From a virus: a DNA stretch of 64,000 nucleotides. The first letter of the stretch is position 1, and each line of letters starts with the position of its first letter. This document shows positions 9,397 through 19,569 of the stretch, piece after piece. The position numbers and the translations under genes were made by a program. The notes under the pieces were generated by a model. It had not been told where the DNA came from, made no database searches, and worked only from the letters and a program-made list of their open reading frames with translations. The DNA lies in IMG/VR virus record IMGVR_UViG_3300022188_000226, positions 52,258-116,257 of that record; one strand, 5' to 3'.

Positions 9397-9927
9397 TTGA
9401 CAATGATACAAAGAGTGCTTAGTTTAGATATAGCAACAACTACTGGTTGGGCGTTTAATTTTGTTCAGACGATAGATAAGTTTGAGTATGGGTTGATAAA
9501 AACTAATTCTAAACATAGTGAAGGAAGAAGGTTGGCTTATTTTAGGAAAGAGTTAATAAAGCTTATCTCGAAATTTAACCCAACACATGTTGTTATAGAG
9601 GATATTTATTCCGGTATAAATGTAAAAACCATGAAGTTACTGGCTAAATACGCAGGGGTTGCTCAAGAATGTTGTGCGTCGTTTGCAAACATAGACCCAT
9701 ATATAATTCATACTAGTACAGTAAAGGCTTATTTTAAAGCTAAAAATAAAAGACAGTTATTTGATTTTGCAATTACTCTTTTAGATTGGGATACAAATGT
9801 AATAAGTTTTAAAAAACATAATGATATTGTGGATTCAATTTGTCAATTAATTTGTTATTGTGATAAAGTATTGGGTGTAAAAAAATGTAGAGAAGAAAAA
9901 GATTATGGGTATTTATATAAGTTATAG
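9397..9927 (+). CDS. ruvC: RuvC-like Holliday junction resolvase
   Basis: VLSLDIATTTGWA, VVIEDIY, VKAYF, NDIVDS. Confidence 0.8.
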   Translation: MTMIQRVLSLDIATTTGWAFNFVQTIDKFEYGLIKTNSKHSEGRRLAYFRKELIKLISKFNPTHVVIEDIYSGINVKTMKLLAKYAGVAQECCASFANIDPYIIHTSTVKAYFKAKNKRQLFDFAITLLDWDTNVISFKKHNDIVDSICQLICYCDKVLGVKKCREEKDYGYLYKL

Positions 9928-9961
9928 AGAAATTAAAGTTAACATTTATGTGGGGTATTAA

Positions 9962-11128
9962 ATGGCAAAAAATATTAAGCTTAGTGCTACAAGAATTAGT
10001 ACATTTCTGTCATGTAAGCAGAAATACTGGTTCAATTATTATGAGAAGTTACCTAAACTTTCTAATCCAGCGTTTAAATTAGGTTTAGCCGTTCATGAAT
10101 CACTCGAATTAGCAGGAAATATTTGGATGGAGAAAGAAAAGTTTAGTAAAGCAGATATCAAAAAAGTTATGGCGGAGTACGATAGGATATCTATTAGAGA
10201 AGGTATAGAAGAGTATTCTTCTCATCTAGAAGGTAAAGAGTTAGTTAAGAAAAGATTAAATAATTTTATTTCTGGCGAAAAACTTATAGGTTTAGAGACT
10301 AAATTTGGATTTTGGGGTAAGGACGCTGGACCACAAGTCACAAGTAAGTATGGTGTGCCACTAATAGGGGCAATTGATAAAGTCGAGAAGTATGATGAAG
10401 ATACTGTACTTATAGTAGACTATAAAACTTCTAAGACCGCACCGACACCTATTCAGATGAAAAGTGATATGCAGCTTTCAATTTATGATTTGGTAGCACG
10501 TCAAGTATGGCCTGGATATAAAAGGGTTGTGTTGGCTTTAGATTTATTGAAATCAGATGTTTTATATACATATAGAACTGACAAACAACGTGAAGAGTTT
10601 GAAGTTTATATTAAGGTTATCTATGATGAAATGTTAGCTTTTACAGAAGAGGAAGCAGCTGCTTCGTTGAATATGTTTTGTCCGTGGTGTTCTTATAAAG
10701 ATTATTGTTCTACTTATCAGAAAGCTTGTAAAAAATCTGACTATAAATTCTTACCAACTGTTGGTTATACGGATAATCAGTTGATTGAGGAGTGGGATAG
10801 TGTTAAATCTACCAAGAAAATTTTGGAGAACAGGGAGCGTGAGCTTGGAATGATCATGATGGAAAAAATTAGACGCACGTCAAATAATTTAAGGGGAGAC
10901 AAGAAAGAAATTTATGTACGACAGAACGCAAGAATAAATTATGATCTCAGTACAGTGGCAGAGAAAGTTCCAACAGAGGATTTTCCAAGTCTTGTTAATA
11001 TAAACAAAAGAGCTGTGGATGTATATTTGAATCTTAATCCAGCAGTAAAGGATGACATTATTGAAACAACTATTACAAATTATACATCTCCGTTTTTGGC
11101 TGGAAGGGATATAAAGAAAAGCAAATAA
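9962..11128 (+). CDS. RecB-family PD-(D/E)XK exonuclease
   Basis: LSATRISTFLSC, GLAVHESLE, GAIDKV, IVDYKT, QLSIY, CPWCSYKDYC. Confidence 0.88.
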   Translation: MAKNIKLSATRISTFLSCKQKYWFNYYEKLPKLSNPAFKLGLAVHESLELAGNIWMEKEKFSKADIKKVMAEYDRISIREGIEEYSSHLEGKELVKKRLNNFISGEKLIGLETKFGFWGKDAGPQVTSKYGVPLIGAIDKVEKYDEDTVLIVDYKTSKTAPTPIQMKSDMQLSIYDLVARQVWPGYKRVVLALDLLKSDVLYTYRTDKQREEFEVYIKVIYDEMLAFTEEEAAASLNMFCPWCSYKDYCSTYQKACKKSDYKFLPTVGYTDNQLIEEWDSVKSTKKILENRERELGMIMMEKIRRTSNNLRGDKKEIYVRQNARINYDLSTVAEKVPTEDFPSLVNINKRAVDVYLNLNPAVKDDIIETTITNYTSPFLAGRDIKKSK

Positions 11129-11171
11129 TAACTGCAATACAATTTTTTTAAAAGAAGTAAAGGAGAAGGGA

Positions 11172-13724
11172 ATGACAAAAAAGAATAAGAAACCTGCCAC
11201 AAAATTTTCACAACCAGTCCCCAAGAACAAGATTAAAGTATTAGCATACTGTGACTCCCCTACTTGTGCAACAGGTTTTGGAACAGTGTCACGTAATATT
11301 TTATTAGGTCTGTATTCTACTGGGCGTTATGATATTGACGTTCTTGGTATTAATTACTGGGGAGATCCACATAATCTTCCGTTCAGAATTTGGCCTACTG
11401 GTATTAACAGTGAACGAGATCCTTATGGTAGAAAGAAAGTATTTAAAATGATTCAGCAGATGGATTTTGATATTATATTTTTTTTGCAGGATACTTTTAT
11501 TTTAGATTTTTTACCTGAGCTTCAGAAGTCTCTTGTAGATCGTGGGAAGCCTTTTAAATCTATAGTTTATTATCCAGTGGACGGTGTGCCTAAAGAACAG
11601 TGGCTTCATAATGTAAATGCTTGTGATTTTCCTGTGGCGTATTCTGAATTTGGTAAAGCTGAGAGCATGCGTGTACTGCCTATAATGAAAGAGCCTCTGG
11701 TTGTCCCTCATGGAGCTAATACTAAAGATTTTTTTGTTGCAGATAAGAAAGATGTAATGTCTTTTAGGTCTCAATATTTTGGAAACCAGGCTGATAAGTT
11801 TATCCTTTGTAACCTTAATAGAAATCAGCAGAGAAAAGATATCCCTAGAACTATTGCTGCTTTCAAAGAATTTAAAAAACAGGTTCCTGAATCTCTTCTG
11901 TACTTGCATATGGCTAAACAAGATCAGGGGTGGAATTTGACTGATGTATGTAATTCTTTTGAGTTAGATATCACTAAAGATGTTATATTTCCTGAGAATT
12001 TTGGGCCTAATCAAGGGTATCCACGTAATATTGTTAATATGATATACAACGCCAGTGATTGTGTAATAAGCACAACTTTGGGCGAAGGTTGGGGTCTTTG
12101 CCTTCACGGTGATTCTAGTGTTATGACAGTATCTGGTCAAAAAAGAATTAAAAATATAGTAGTTGGAGATAATGTAGTGATTGCTGGAGATGCTTTTCCA
12201 GTTAATGGGGTAGAGTCGTCTAATCATACACAAGAGTTTAAAATTAAACTTTATAATAATCAAGAGCTTGTTGGTAGTGGTAATCATAAAGTACCTACTT
12301 GTGATGATGTGTATAAAAATTTATCAGAGATTTCAACTAATGACTGGTTGCTTGTTGATAAAGCTGTTTTGAAAGATGATGCTGGATATACTTATGATTT
12401 AAAATCGTTTGCAGATACTCATGATGATAATTTTGTTTGGAATAAGATGGGCTTTAGTCCAAGTGTAGAATGTTCTATTATGGCTATTATGGAGGCTACA
12501 AAAGAAACTAAGAAAATTATTGAAACAGCAATAAAAAATTACGATACAAATACAGATTCTTCCAGTAATAGAGTTAATAGTGTTATAAGTTATCTTGAGA
12601 GTATTTGGTATAAGAAAACTCAGCCAGTAAAAATGAATAGATATGTAGAGTTTGATAGTGATTTTGCGAGACTTCTTGGGTACTATGTTGCTGAAGGTAG
12701 CAATGAGTCAGGAAACGGTATAGAGTTTAGTTTTCATACTAAAGAAACAGTCTATCATGAAGATGTAAGTACACTTATAGAAAAGTATTTTGGAGTTAAA
12801 ACAATAATTAAAATTAAAGATAATAGATGTGCCGTCCGTGTACGTTCTTCTATACTTGCTAAATTTTTTGGAGATTTATGTGGTATCGGTTCTCATAATA
12901 AACATATTCCACTTCTTTGTATGCAACACAGAGATAAAGCTAAAGAGTTCATTAAAGGGGCTTGGCGTGGTGACGGACATTTTGGAGATGTTGAGTTTAG
13001 TTATTCAACAGCTTCTATTGTATTAAAAGAAGAGATGATGTGGTTATTATCTGGATTTAATATATTTTCCAAATGTAACAAAAATAAGGTAGGTAATTGG
13101 GCTATTTATGTTAATGGAAAAGACTATAATTTATTAGCCGAAGTGCTTGACCATACAAATAGTCATGATAATTACAGAGAACGTAGTTACATTAAGAAGC
13201 ATGATAATTTCTTTATGGTTAAAGTAAAAAGTACATCTTGTGAAGAGATAAATAGTACATATTACGATATAAGTGTAGATAGTAAGAGGCACTTTGTTGT
13301 TAATGGTATTGTTGTTCATAATTCTTGGATCGAGGCTATGGCTACTAAAACTCCAGTGATTATGCCTGCAAATACAGCGTTGGTTGAAAATATTACTGAA
13401 GATAGAGGGTGGTTATGTAAGAGTGGGTCAGACCCTTCTTTGTTTACAGTTGTACCTAATGATAACGAAGTCATTAGACCTTTGGTAGATGTTAATGATA
13501 TGGTATGTCAAATGCTTGAGGTTTATAATAATCCAGATGAGGCTACTCGTCGTGCAGAAAATGCGTATAACTGGATTCATGCAAAAATGGATTGGGGTTC
13601 TGGTGTAGTACCTAAGTGGATTACTGTTTTTGATGATGCTTATAATCGTCTTTCAGATGAGAGTAATAACACAGTTGATGAGGGTGTGTCTGGAAATAAA
13701 GTTATTGACTCTGAGGCATTCTAG
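11172..13724 (+). CDS. GT-B (GT4-like) glycosyltransferase with one intein (~442 aa after splicing)
   Basis: DSPTCATGFG, NRNQQRKD, spliced motif GEGWGL/SWIEAMATKTPVI. Confidence 0.9.
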   Translation: MTKKNKKPATKFSQPVPKNKIKVLAYCDSPTCATGFGTVSRNILLGLYSTGRYDIDVLGINYWGDPHNLPFRIWPTGINSERDPYGRKKVFKMIQQMDFDIIFFLQDTFILDFLPELQKSLVDRGKPFKSIVYYPVDGVPKEQWLHNVNACDFPVAYSEFGKAESMRVLPIMKEPLVVPHGANTKDFFVADKKDVMSFRSQYFGNQADKFILCNLNRNQQRKDIPRTIAAFKEFKKQVPESLLYLHMAKQDQGWNLTDVCNSFELDITKDVIFPENFGPNQGYPRNIVNMIYNASDCVISTTLGEGWGLCLHGDSSVMTVSGQKRIKNIVVGDNVVIAGDAFPVNGVESSNHTQEFKIKLYNNQELVGSGNHKVPTCDDVYKNLSEISTNDWLLVDKAVLKDDAGYTYDLKSFADTHDDNFVWNKMGFSPSVECSIMAIMEATKETKKIIETAIKNYDTNTDSSSNRVNSVISYLESIWYKKTQPVKMNRYVEFDSDFARLLGYYVAEGSNESGNGIEFSFHTKETVYHEDVSTLIEKYFGVKTIIKIKDNRCAVRVRSSILAKFFGDLCGIGSHNKHIPLLCMQHRDKAKEFIKGAWRGDGHFGDVEFSYSTASIVLKEEMMWLLSGFNIFSKCNKNKVGNWAIYVNGKDYNLLAEVLDHTNSHDNYRERSYIKKHDNFFMVKVKSTSCEEINSTYYDISVDSKRHFVVNGIVVHNSWIEAMATKTPVIMPANTALVENITEDRGWLCKSGSDPSLFTVVPNDNEVIRPLVDVNDMVCQMLEVYNNPDEATRRAENAYNWIHAKMDWGSGVVPKWITVFDDAYNRLSDESNNTVDEGVSGNKVIDSEAF
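12099..13322 (+). mobile_element. intein with LAGLIDADG homing endonuclease (408 aa)
   Basis: CLHGDS...VVHN|S; LLGYYVAEG and FIKGAWRGDG. Confidence 0.93.
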
Positions 13725-13736
13725 TAAAAATTAGTA

Positions 13737-13754
13737 ATATATATATATATATAT
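13737..13754. repeat. (AT)9 microsatellite
   Basis: ATATATATATATATATAT followed by TATAAT in the intergenic gap. Confidence 0.8.
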
Positions 13755-13772
13755 TATAATTAAAAAGGAGAG

Positions 13773-14375
13773 GTGGTAATTTTTTTTTGCCGTGAAAATT
13801 TTATGGAAACTAAGATTATACAAGAAGTTGGATATAATGAGGCTATACAAGGAATAGGTTATAGTTTTGGAGTTAACGATAAGGACCGTTTAAAATTGAT
13901 TGCTGAAAAATTATCTTTAAAAGATGGTGGACATAATAAATTTCTAGAGTCCATGATGGTATGGGTCGATATAAATGCCCCAAGATATTTTTGGAGTGAG
14001 TTTGATACGTATCGCGTTGGTACAACTAAACAATCACAAAGTACTATACACACTATTACATACCGTACTCTAAAACAAGATGATTTTGAGCACGAAGTTT
14101 ATGAACACACATTGATTTCTCTTAATAAATCTATAGTGGCATATCAACATACTGAATTAAAAGAAAAAAAGCATAAACTATTTATGGAAATTAAAAACAA
14201 TTTACCAGAAGGATTTTTGCAGCGACGAATGGTTTGTACTAATTATAAAGTATTAAAGAATATTATTTTACAGAGAAAAAATCATAAATTAAAAGAATGG
14301 GGTGTTTTTATTAGTGCTTTGTTAGATCAATTACAGTTTCCGCATTTTGTTACTAAATTTAAGGAGAAGGATTAA
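13773..14375 (+). CDS. ThyX-like (flavin-dependent thymidylate synthase fold) protein with non-canonical motif
   Basis: GHNKFLE, APRYFWSEFDTYR, LPEG, TNYKVL..I..QR.NHKL.EW; canonical RHR-x7-S replaced by TYRVGTTKQSQS. Start 13773 (GTG) or 13803 (ATG). Confidence 0.7.
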   Translation: MVIFFCRENFMETKIIQEVGYNEAIQGIGYSFGVNDKDRLKLIAEKLSLKDGGHNKFLESMMVWVDINAPRYFWSEFDTYRVGTTKQSQSTIHTITYRTLKQDDFEHEVYEHTLISLNKSIVAYQHTELKEKKHKLFMEIKNNLPEGFLQRRMVCTNYKVLKNIILQRKNHKLKEWGVFISALLDQLQFPHFVTKFKEKD

Positions 14376-17300
14376 TGGAGATAAAAGGGATAAAGTATAC
14401 GGGTCCGGTATTTGATGGGTCAGGTTATGCCCAAGCAGTTAGAGGAAATATAATGGCTTTACATAAACTGGGGGTACCTTTAACTGTAAACTCCATATCA
14501 TTCGAACACTTAAGACCTGAGTTAGGTGTGGTTGGTAAAGTTATAAACAAGTTAGTGGATAAAAAAATAGATTATAATATTAATATAATTCATACAACTC
14601 CAGAATTTTGGGAGAATCATAAAGAAGAGGGTAAATTAAATATCGGTTACACAATTTGGGAAACTACTAAACTTCACCACAAATGGCCTGGTTATATTAA
14701 TGACAATGTCGATGCAATCATGGTGGGCAGTGAATGGAATGTTGGTGTATTCAAAGATAGCGGTGTAACTGTACCGATTTTTGTAGTACCTCACGGAATA
14801 GGACAACATGAATTTGATAATATTGAGAAATTTGAAGTTAAAGGTGTGTCAGATGAGACGTATATGTTCTATAGTATTTTTCAATGGGTTGAGCGAAAAC
14901 ACCCTCTTTCTCTAATTAAAGCATATTGGCATGCTTTTCAGAACAAAGAAGACGTAGCTTTGGTGCTTAAAACATATCGTAGTGATTATAGTGATCAGGA
15001 AAAAGAGGCTATCAGGACTACGATAAGAAGATTGAAACAAGTAACACCATTTGATAACTATCCTCCTATTTATCTTATTCCTAACATGCTAACTAATGAC
15101 GAAATTTTTGGACTACATGCTAGAGGTGATTGTTACACTAGTTTGGATCGCGGGGAAGGATTTGGCCTTTGTGTAGCTCAAAATACTAATATAACAACTC
15201 CTTCCGGTATTAAACTAGCTGAAGATATTATAGAGGGGGATTTGACTTTATCTATGGGGGGTAAGTTTAACAAAGTTACAGCTACCTCTAAGAGATATGT
15301 TGAAAAGGCATTACGTGTATCTATAAAATTACATGAAGCTCTTGTGGTTAGTCATGAACATCCTTTTTATGTTACTAAAGATTTGTCGACATGGAAAAGA
15401 TACAATTATTCACCGTCCACGATAGAAGATGCACTTGAGTGGTCAGAGGCGTCTAACATAGTAGTTGGAGATTATGTTGCGGTTCCTAAACCTAAACTTA
15501 ATAACAAATTGATAGATAAAATTGATATAAGTGATTATTTAGATTTAGAGGGAGTTGTTGTTGAGGACGAATATATCTTTTTAAAGCATGGGTATTCCCC
15601 TAAAAATACTAAAAATAGTTATAAAAATTTAGTAGATAAATACGGATTTACAAAGAAAATTTTTGAAACGGCAGTATCACATATTAAAAATAATACTGTT
15701 CCTAAGATTGGTACAAGTGCACATAATGCTTATACTATTTTATTGAAAATAGAGTATGAGGTTAAGAAACCAAATAGAATTAAACGTTTTATCGACTTAG
15801 ATAGTAATTTATTAAAATTGTTTGGTTGGTATTTAGCTGAAGGAAGCACTAACAATAGAACTTTTTTAGAGATAGATCTACACAAAGACGAATTTGATGT
15901 TGCAAAGAGCCTTTCAGATATATTTAAACAGTATTTCTCTGTTAGTGTTGATTCTATATATACTAGTATAAATGGAAATAAATCGAGGTTAATAGTAAGT
16001 AGTAAAATAATAGCTTCCTTATTTGAATCTCTGTTCGGTAAAGGAGCTAGGAATAAACATATACCAGACTGGCTTATTTATTCAAGCCAATCTTTATTGC
16101 CTCTAATTAAAACATTGTTTTTTGGGGATGGTTATGACTCAGGGAATACTTATGCATTAACTACAGTTTCTCCTAGTTTAGCTTATCAGGTTAAGACTGT
16201 ACTAAATAGTTTGGGGATGTGTCCTAGAATAAATAAAGGGAAACGAGGAGAATTAGGAAATTATGATCAATATATAGTCAGTGTAGCTAATGAAGATTAT
16301 AAAATATTTACTGAGAATACTATTACTAAAGAATACAAAAAACATAGTGTAGAAACTGAAAATTATTTTCTAGTAAAAGTAACTAATATTGAAGAGATAA
16401 AATATAATGATTATATGTATGATTTTACTATAAATGGTGCTGAAAGTTTTGTAGGGAATGGTATATTATTACATAATTGTCCTTTTACTGCTGGGGCTTG
16501 TGGAAATCCAGTAATTATTACTGGGTTTGGTGGTATTACAGAATACGCTAAAGAAGATAACAGTTATCTTGTTGACTACACACTGACTCCAGTGTTTGGG
16601 ATGCCTTGGAGCGGTTCTCCAATAATTTCAATAGGTTGCATCGATGGATATAAGAAGATAAAGGATGTAAAAGAAGGTGACTTGGTTTTTAATAAGAATG
16701 GTAAAATAAAAAGTGTAACAAAGGTTGGAGATCGACCAATGCTTCCTGATGAAAGGATGCACTCTATTAAACATGGGTCTATGCATACTAGTATAGAGGT
16801 AACAAATAAACATAAATTATATATTGCAAAGAATAATAAGTCAGTACTAGCTGAAGTAGAAGATATTACTGATGAGGATTATCTAATTATACCAAAGCCA
16901 TTTTTGTATTCAGAAAATTTCTCTATTAATATGAAGGATTATACTTTGACAGATGTTTGGAGTGAAGAGGCCGGTAGAATAGTTTATAATAGAGATGTTG
17001 ATGTTTCCACTGGTATTTATAGCACTGTAGAATTGTCTGAGGATATGTTTTATTTAATTGGTTTATATTTAGCAGAAGGATGTGTGTATTCTTCCAACGA
17101 TTGTGTTAGTTTTTCTTTTAATTCTAACGAAATTGATACGTTAGCTGCTGAGTGTAAGAAATGTTTATCTTCAGTTTTTGGTATATCTTCAGAACATTTT
17201 CATGAGCGTGAGTATAAGGATAGAAATGGTTATGAGCTTATTGTAAACAATACACTTATAGGAAGATTTTTTAGAAATGAATTTGGTACAGGAGCACATG

Positions 17301-17971
17301 ATAAGTTTATACCTTATAGATGGAGATTACATACAAATGATAACTATAGAATTCGATTATTAAAGGGGTATTGGGATGGGGATGGGCACATTAGTTATAG
17401 ACATAAAAATCAAAATGCTCCGGAGTACTCTGCTTCATCTTGTTCAGAAAACCTTATGTTGTCTATACGTGATTTAGTAATAAGTTTAGATGTGATACCG
17501 TCGTTAACAATAAATATTAGATCTGATGGGCGTATTAGTTATATTATGACTGTAACAGACCCAGTATTTGATAAACTGTTTGGTGTGAAATGTAAAAGAA
17601 ATAAACGTACATCTTATTGTTATAAAATTGATGATCACCATTTTGCTGTACGTGTCAAGAGTAACGTTGTTATGAAAGATTATAAAGACCCTGTTTATAG
17701 TTTATCTGTGGAGCCTGGAGACGACGAAGACATTGAGCATGGCGGTAGTTACATATTAAACGGGGTTGCTTCTAGTAACTCACCGTGGTATAGGGGATCA
17801 CAACTGTGGGCTGAAGTTAGCGTTAAACACGGTGCCGATTTGATGTATAATGCATACGAAAATCGACAGGAAGCCAAAGATAAAGGGTTATTATTACAGA
17901 AATATATATATAAGAATTTTGAGTGGGAAGTAATAGGACAGAAAATAGTAGATGGGATTAGGAGTTTGTAG
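14375..17971 (+). CDS. GT-B (GT4-like) glycosyltransferase with two inteins (~372 aa after splicing)
   Basis: SGYAQA, YTIWET, FQWVERK, spliced GEGFGL/CPFTAGACGNPVI and GMPW/SPWY. Confidence 0.9.
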   Translation: MEIKGIKYTGPVFDGSGYAQAVRGNIMALHKLGVPLTVNSISFEHLRPELGVVGKVINKLVDKKIDYNINIIHTTPEFWENHKEEGKLNIGYTIWETTKLHHKWPGYINDNVDAIMVGSEWNVGVFKDSGVTVPIFVVPHGIGQHEFDNIEKFEVKGVSDETYMFYSIFQWVERKHPLSLIKAYWHAFQNKEDVALVLKTYRSDYSDQEKEAIRTTIRRLKQVTPFDNYPPIYLIPNMLTNDEIFGLHARGDCYTSLDRGEGFGLCVAQNTNITTPSGIKLAEDIIEGDLTLSMGGKFNKVTATSKRYVEKALRVSIKLHEALVVSHEHPFYVTKDLSTWKRYNYSPSTIEDALEWSEASNIVVGDYVAVPKPKLNNKLIDKIDISDYLDLEGVVVEDEYIFLKHGYSPKNTKNSYKNLVDKYGFTKKIFETAVSHIKNNTVPKIGTSAHNAYTILLKIEYEVKKPNRIKRFIDLDSNLLKLFGWYLAEGSTNNRTFLEIDLHKDEFDVAKSLSDIFKQYFSVSVDSIYTSINGNKSRLIVSSKIIASLFESLFGKGARNKHIPDWLIYSSQSLLPLIKTLFFGDGYDSGNTYALTTVSPSLAYQVKTVLNSLGMCPRINKGKRGELGNYDQYIVSVANEDYKIFTENTITKEYKKHSVETENYFLVKVTNIEEIKYNDYMYDFTINGAESFVGNGILLHNCPFTAGACGNPVIITGFGGITEYAKEDNSYLVDYTLTPVFGMPWSGSPIISIGCIDGYKKIKDVKEGDLVFNKNGKIKSVTKVGDRPMLPDERMHSIKHGSMHTSIEVTNKHKLYIAKNNKSVLAEVEDITDEDYLIIPKPFLYSENFSINMKDYTLTDVWSEEAGRIVYNRDVDVSTGIYSTVELSEDMFYLIGLYLAEGCVYSSNDCVSFSFNSNEIDTLAAECKKCLSSVFGISSEHFHEREYKDRNGYELIVNNTLIGRFFRNEFGTGAHDKFIPYRWRLHTNDNYRIRLLKGYWDGDGHISYRHKNQNAPEYSASSCSENLMLSIRDLVISLDVIPSLTINIRSDGRISYIMTVTDPVFDKLFGVKCKRNKRTSYCYKIDDHHFAVRVKSNVVMKDYKDPVYSLSVEPGDDEDIEHGGSYILNGVASSNSPWYRGSQLWAEVSVKHGADLMYNAYENRQEAKDKGLLLQKYIYKNFEWEVIGQKIVDGIRSL
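15170..16477 (+). mobile_element. intein with LAGLIDADG endonuclease (436 aa)
   Basis: CVAQNT...LLHN|C; LFGWYLAEG, LFFGDG. Confidence 0.93.
16610..17779 (+). mobile_element. intein with LAGLIDADG endonuclease, Ser1 and SSN end (390 aa)
   Basis: SGSPIISIGCIDGYKKIKDV..GD, VTNKH block B, LIGLYLAEG, LKGYWDGDG, ...GVASSN|S. Confidence 0.85.
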
Positions 17972-19569
17972 TGACAAAACGATTAACATTAGATTTTGTA
18001 AAAAGTTCTTTTGAAAAAGAAGGTTATACTCTGTTATCCAAGGAATATAAATCTGTAAAAGTTAAACTTAAATATGTTTGCCCAAAAGGGCATGTCCATG
18101 AGATTGGTTGGTCTGAGTGGAATTCAAAGAGAAAACATAGATGCCCTTATTGTGCTAATAATGCTGCTCTTAATATAGATATAATTAGAGAAGAATTTTT
18201 AACATCTAATTATGAATTGTTGGATACAGTATATATTAATTCAAAACAGTCCTTTAAATATAGGTGCGATAATGGTCATGTAAATAGTATGCGGATAGAC
18301 CATTTTAGACGTGGAATAAGGTGTCCTTTTTGTTCAGGCTTTATTAAAAAATCTATAAATGAAGTACGGGAAATAATTGAGTCAGAAGGTTATAAGTTGC
18401 TATCTGATGAGTATAAGAATGTACATACAAAATTATTAGTACAGTGTAAGAAACGGCATCAGTATAAAGTATCTTTTCATAGCTGGTTACAAGGAAGCCG
18501 ATGCCCTTATTGTAATGGTGGAATTAGGGCTAACTTTGATGATATTAAAGCCTCTATCGAGGAGGAAGGATATGCACTATTAACTGATAATTATGAGAAT
18601 TCAAATCAAGTACTTGAATTAATTTGCCCAAATGGGCATCATTACAATGTTGCGTGGAATAATTGGAAACATAAAGGGTCTAGATGTACAGAATGCTCTG
18701 GAAAAGGTTCATCGATTAATGAGGAGGCTATAAAAGAATTTATTTCAGATTTAGGTATTGAATTTATATCTAATGACAAACAACTTATAGCCCCATATGA
18801 ATTAGACATAGTAATCCCATCTAAAAAGATTGCTATAGAGTATTGTGGATTATATTGGCATTCAGAAAATATGGGAAGAGATAGAAATTATCATTTAAAT
18901 AAACTTAATATGTGTATAACTAAAGGATATAGACTACTAACTATATTTGAAGATGAATTTTTAGATAATAAACAAATGGTATTTTCCAGACTTCTCAATA
19001 TACTTAATGTTACTAATAATTTAAAGAGAATATACGCAAGGAAATGTAAAATAATGCCTATACCTGTACCGGAAGCTAGAACGTTTTGTATAGAAAATCA
19101 TATGCAGGGGTATACAGGCTCATCTATAAAGCTTGGAGCATTTTATAAAGGGCAGTTAGTGTCAGTAATGATGTTAGCTAAACCGTCAATTGCTAAAGGG
19201 TATAAGAAACAAGTTGATGGTGTATATGAGCTTAGTAGGTTTTGTTCGAAAAAGGAGCATATAGTAGTTGGGGTTGCTTCTAAATTTCTTACTTTTTTTA
19301 AAAAAAATTATCAATGTAGTTCGATATTTACATTTGCAGATCGTAGATGGTCTGACGGTAATTTATATGAAAAAATTGGTTTTAGTTATGTGAGTGCCAC
19401 TGTTCCAAATTATTGGTATTTCAAAAATAAAAAGCGATTACATAGGTTTGCTTTAAGAAAAACTAAAAATGACCCAATAGAATTGACAGAGAGAGAAATT
19501 AGGAAACAAGAAGGTTGGAATAGAATTTGGGACTGTGGTAATTTGAAATATGCTATGGAGGTAATATGA
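17971..19569 (+). CDS. putative homing endonuclease: Cys/His zinc repeats + Vsr-like nuclease + GNAT/Mom-like domain
   Basis: Four EGY.LL..Y....CP.GH...RCP.C repeats; YELDIVI..KIAIEYCGLYWHS; IYARKC...YELSRFCS...FADRRWS...RIWDCG. Confidence 0.75.
   Translation: MTKRLTLDFVKSSFEKEGYTLLSKEYKSVKVKLKYVCPKGHVHEIGWSEWNSKRKHRCPYCANNAALNIDIIREEFLTSNYELLDTVYINSKQSFKYRCDNGHVNSMRIDHFRRGIRCPFCSGFIKKSINEVREIIESEGYKLLSDEYKNVHTKLLVQCKKRHQYKVSFHSWLQGSRCPYCNGGIRANFDDIKASIEEEGYALLTDNYENSNQVLELICPNGHHYNVAWNNWKHKGSRCTECSGKGSSINEEAIKEFISDLGIEFISNDKQLIAPYELDIVIPSKKIAIEYCGLYWHSENMGRDRNYHLNKLNMCITKGYRLLTIFEDEFLDNKQMVFSRLLNILNVTNNLKRIYARKCKIMPIPVPEARTFCIENHMQGYTGSSIKLGAFYKGQLVSVMMLAKPSIAKGYKKQVDGVYELSRFCSKKEHIVVGVASKFLTFFKKNYQCSSIFTFADRRWSDGNLYEKIGFSYVSATVPNYWYFKNKKRLHRFALRKTKNDPIELTEREIRKQEGWNRIWDCGNLKYAMEVI

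Noticed and set aside
9396-9420. CTTGACAA as another promoter copy (also at about 45506)
   Set aside because: No TATATT/TATTAT box at the consensus spacing.
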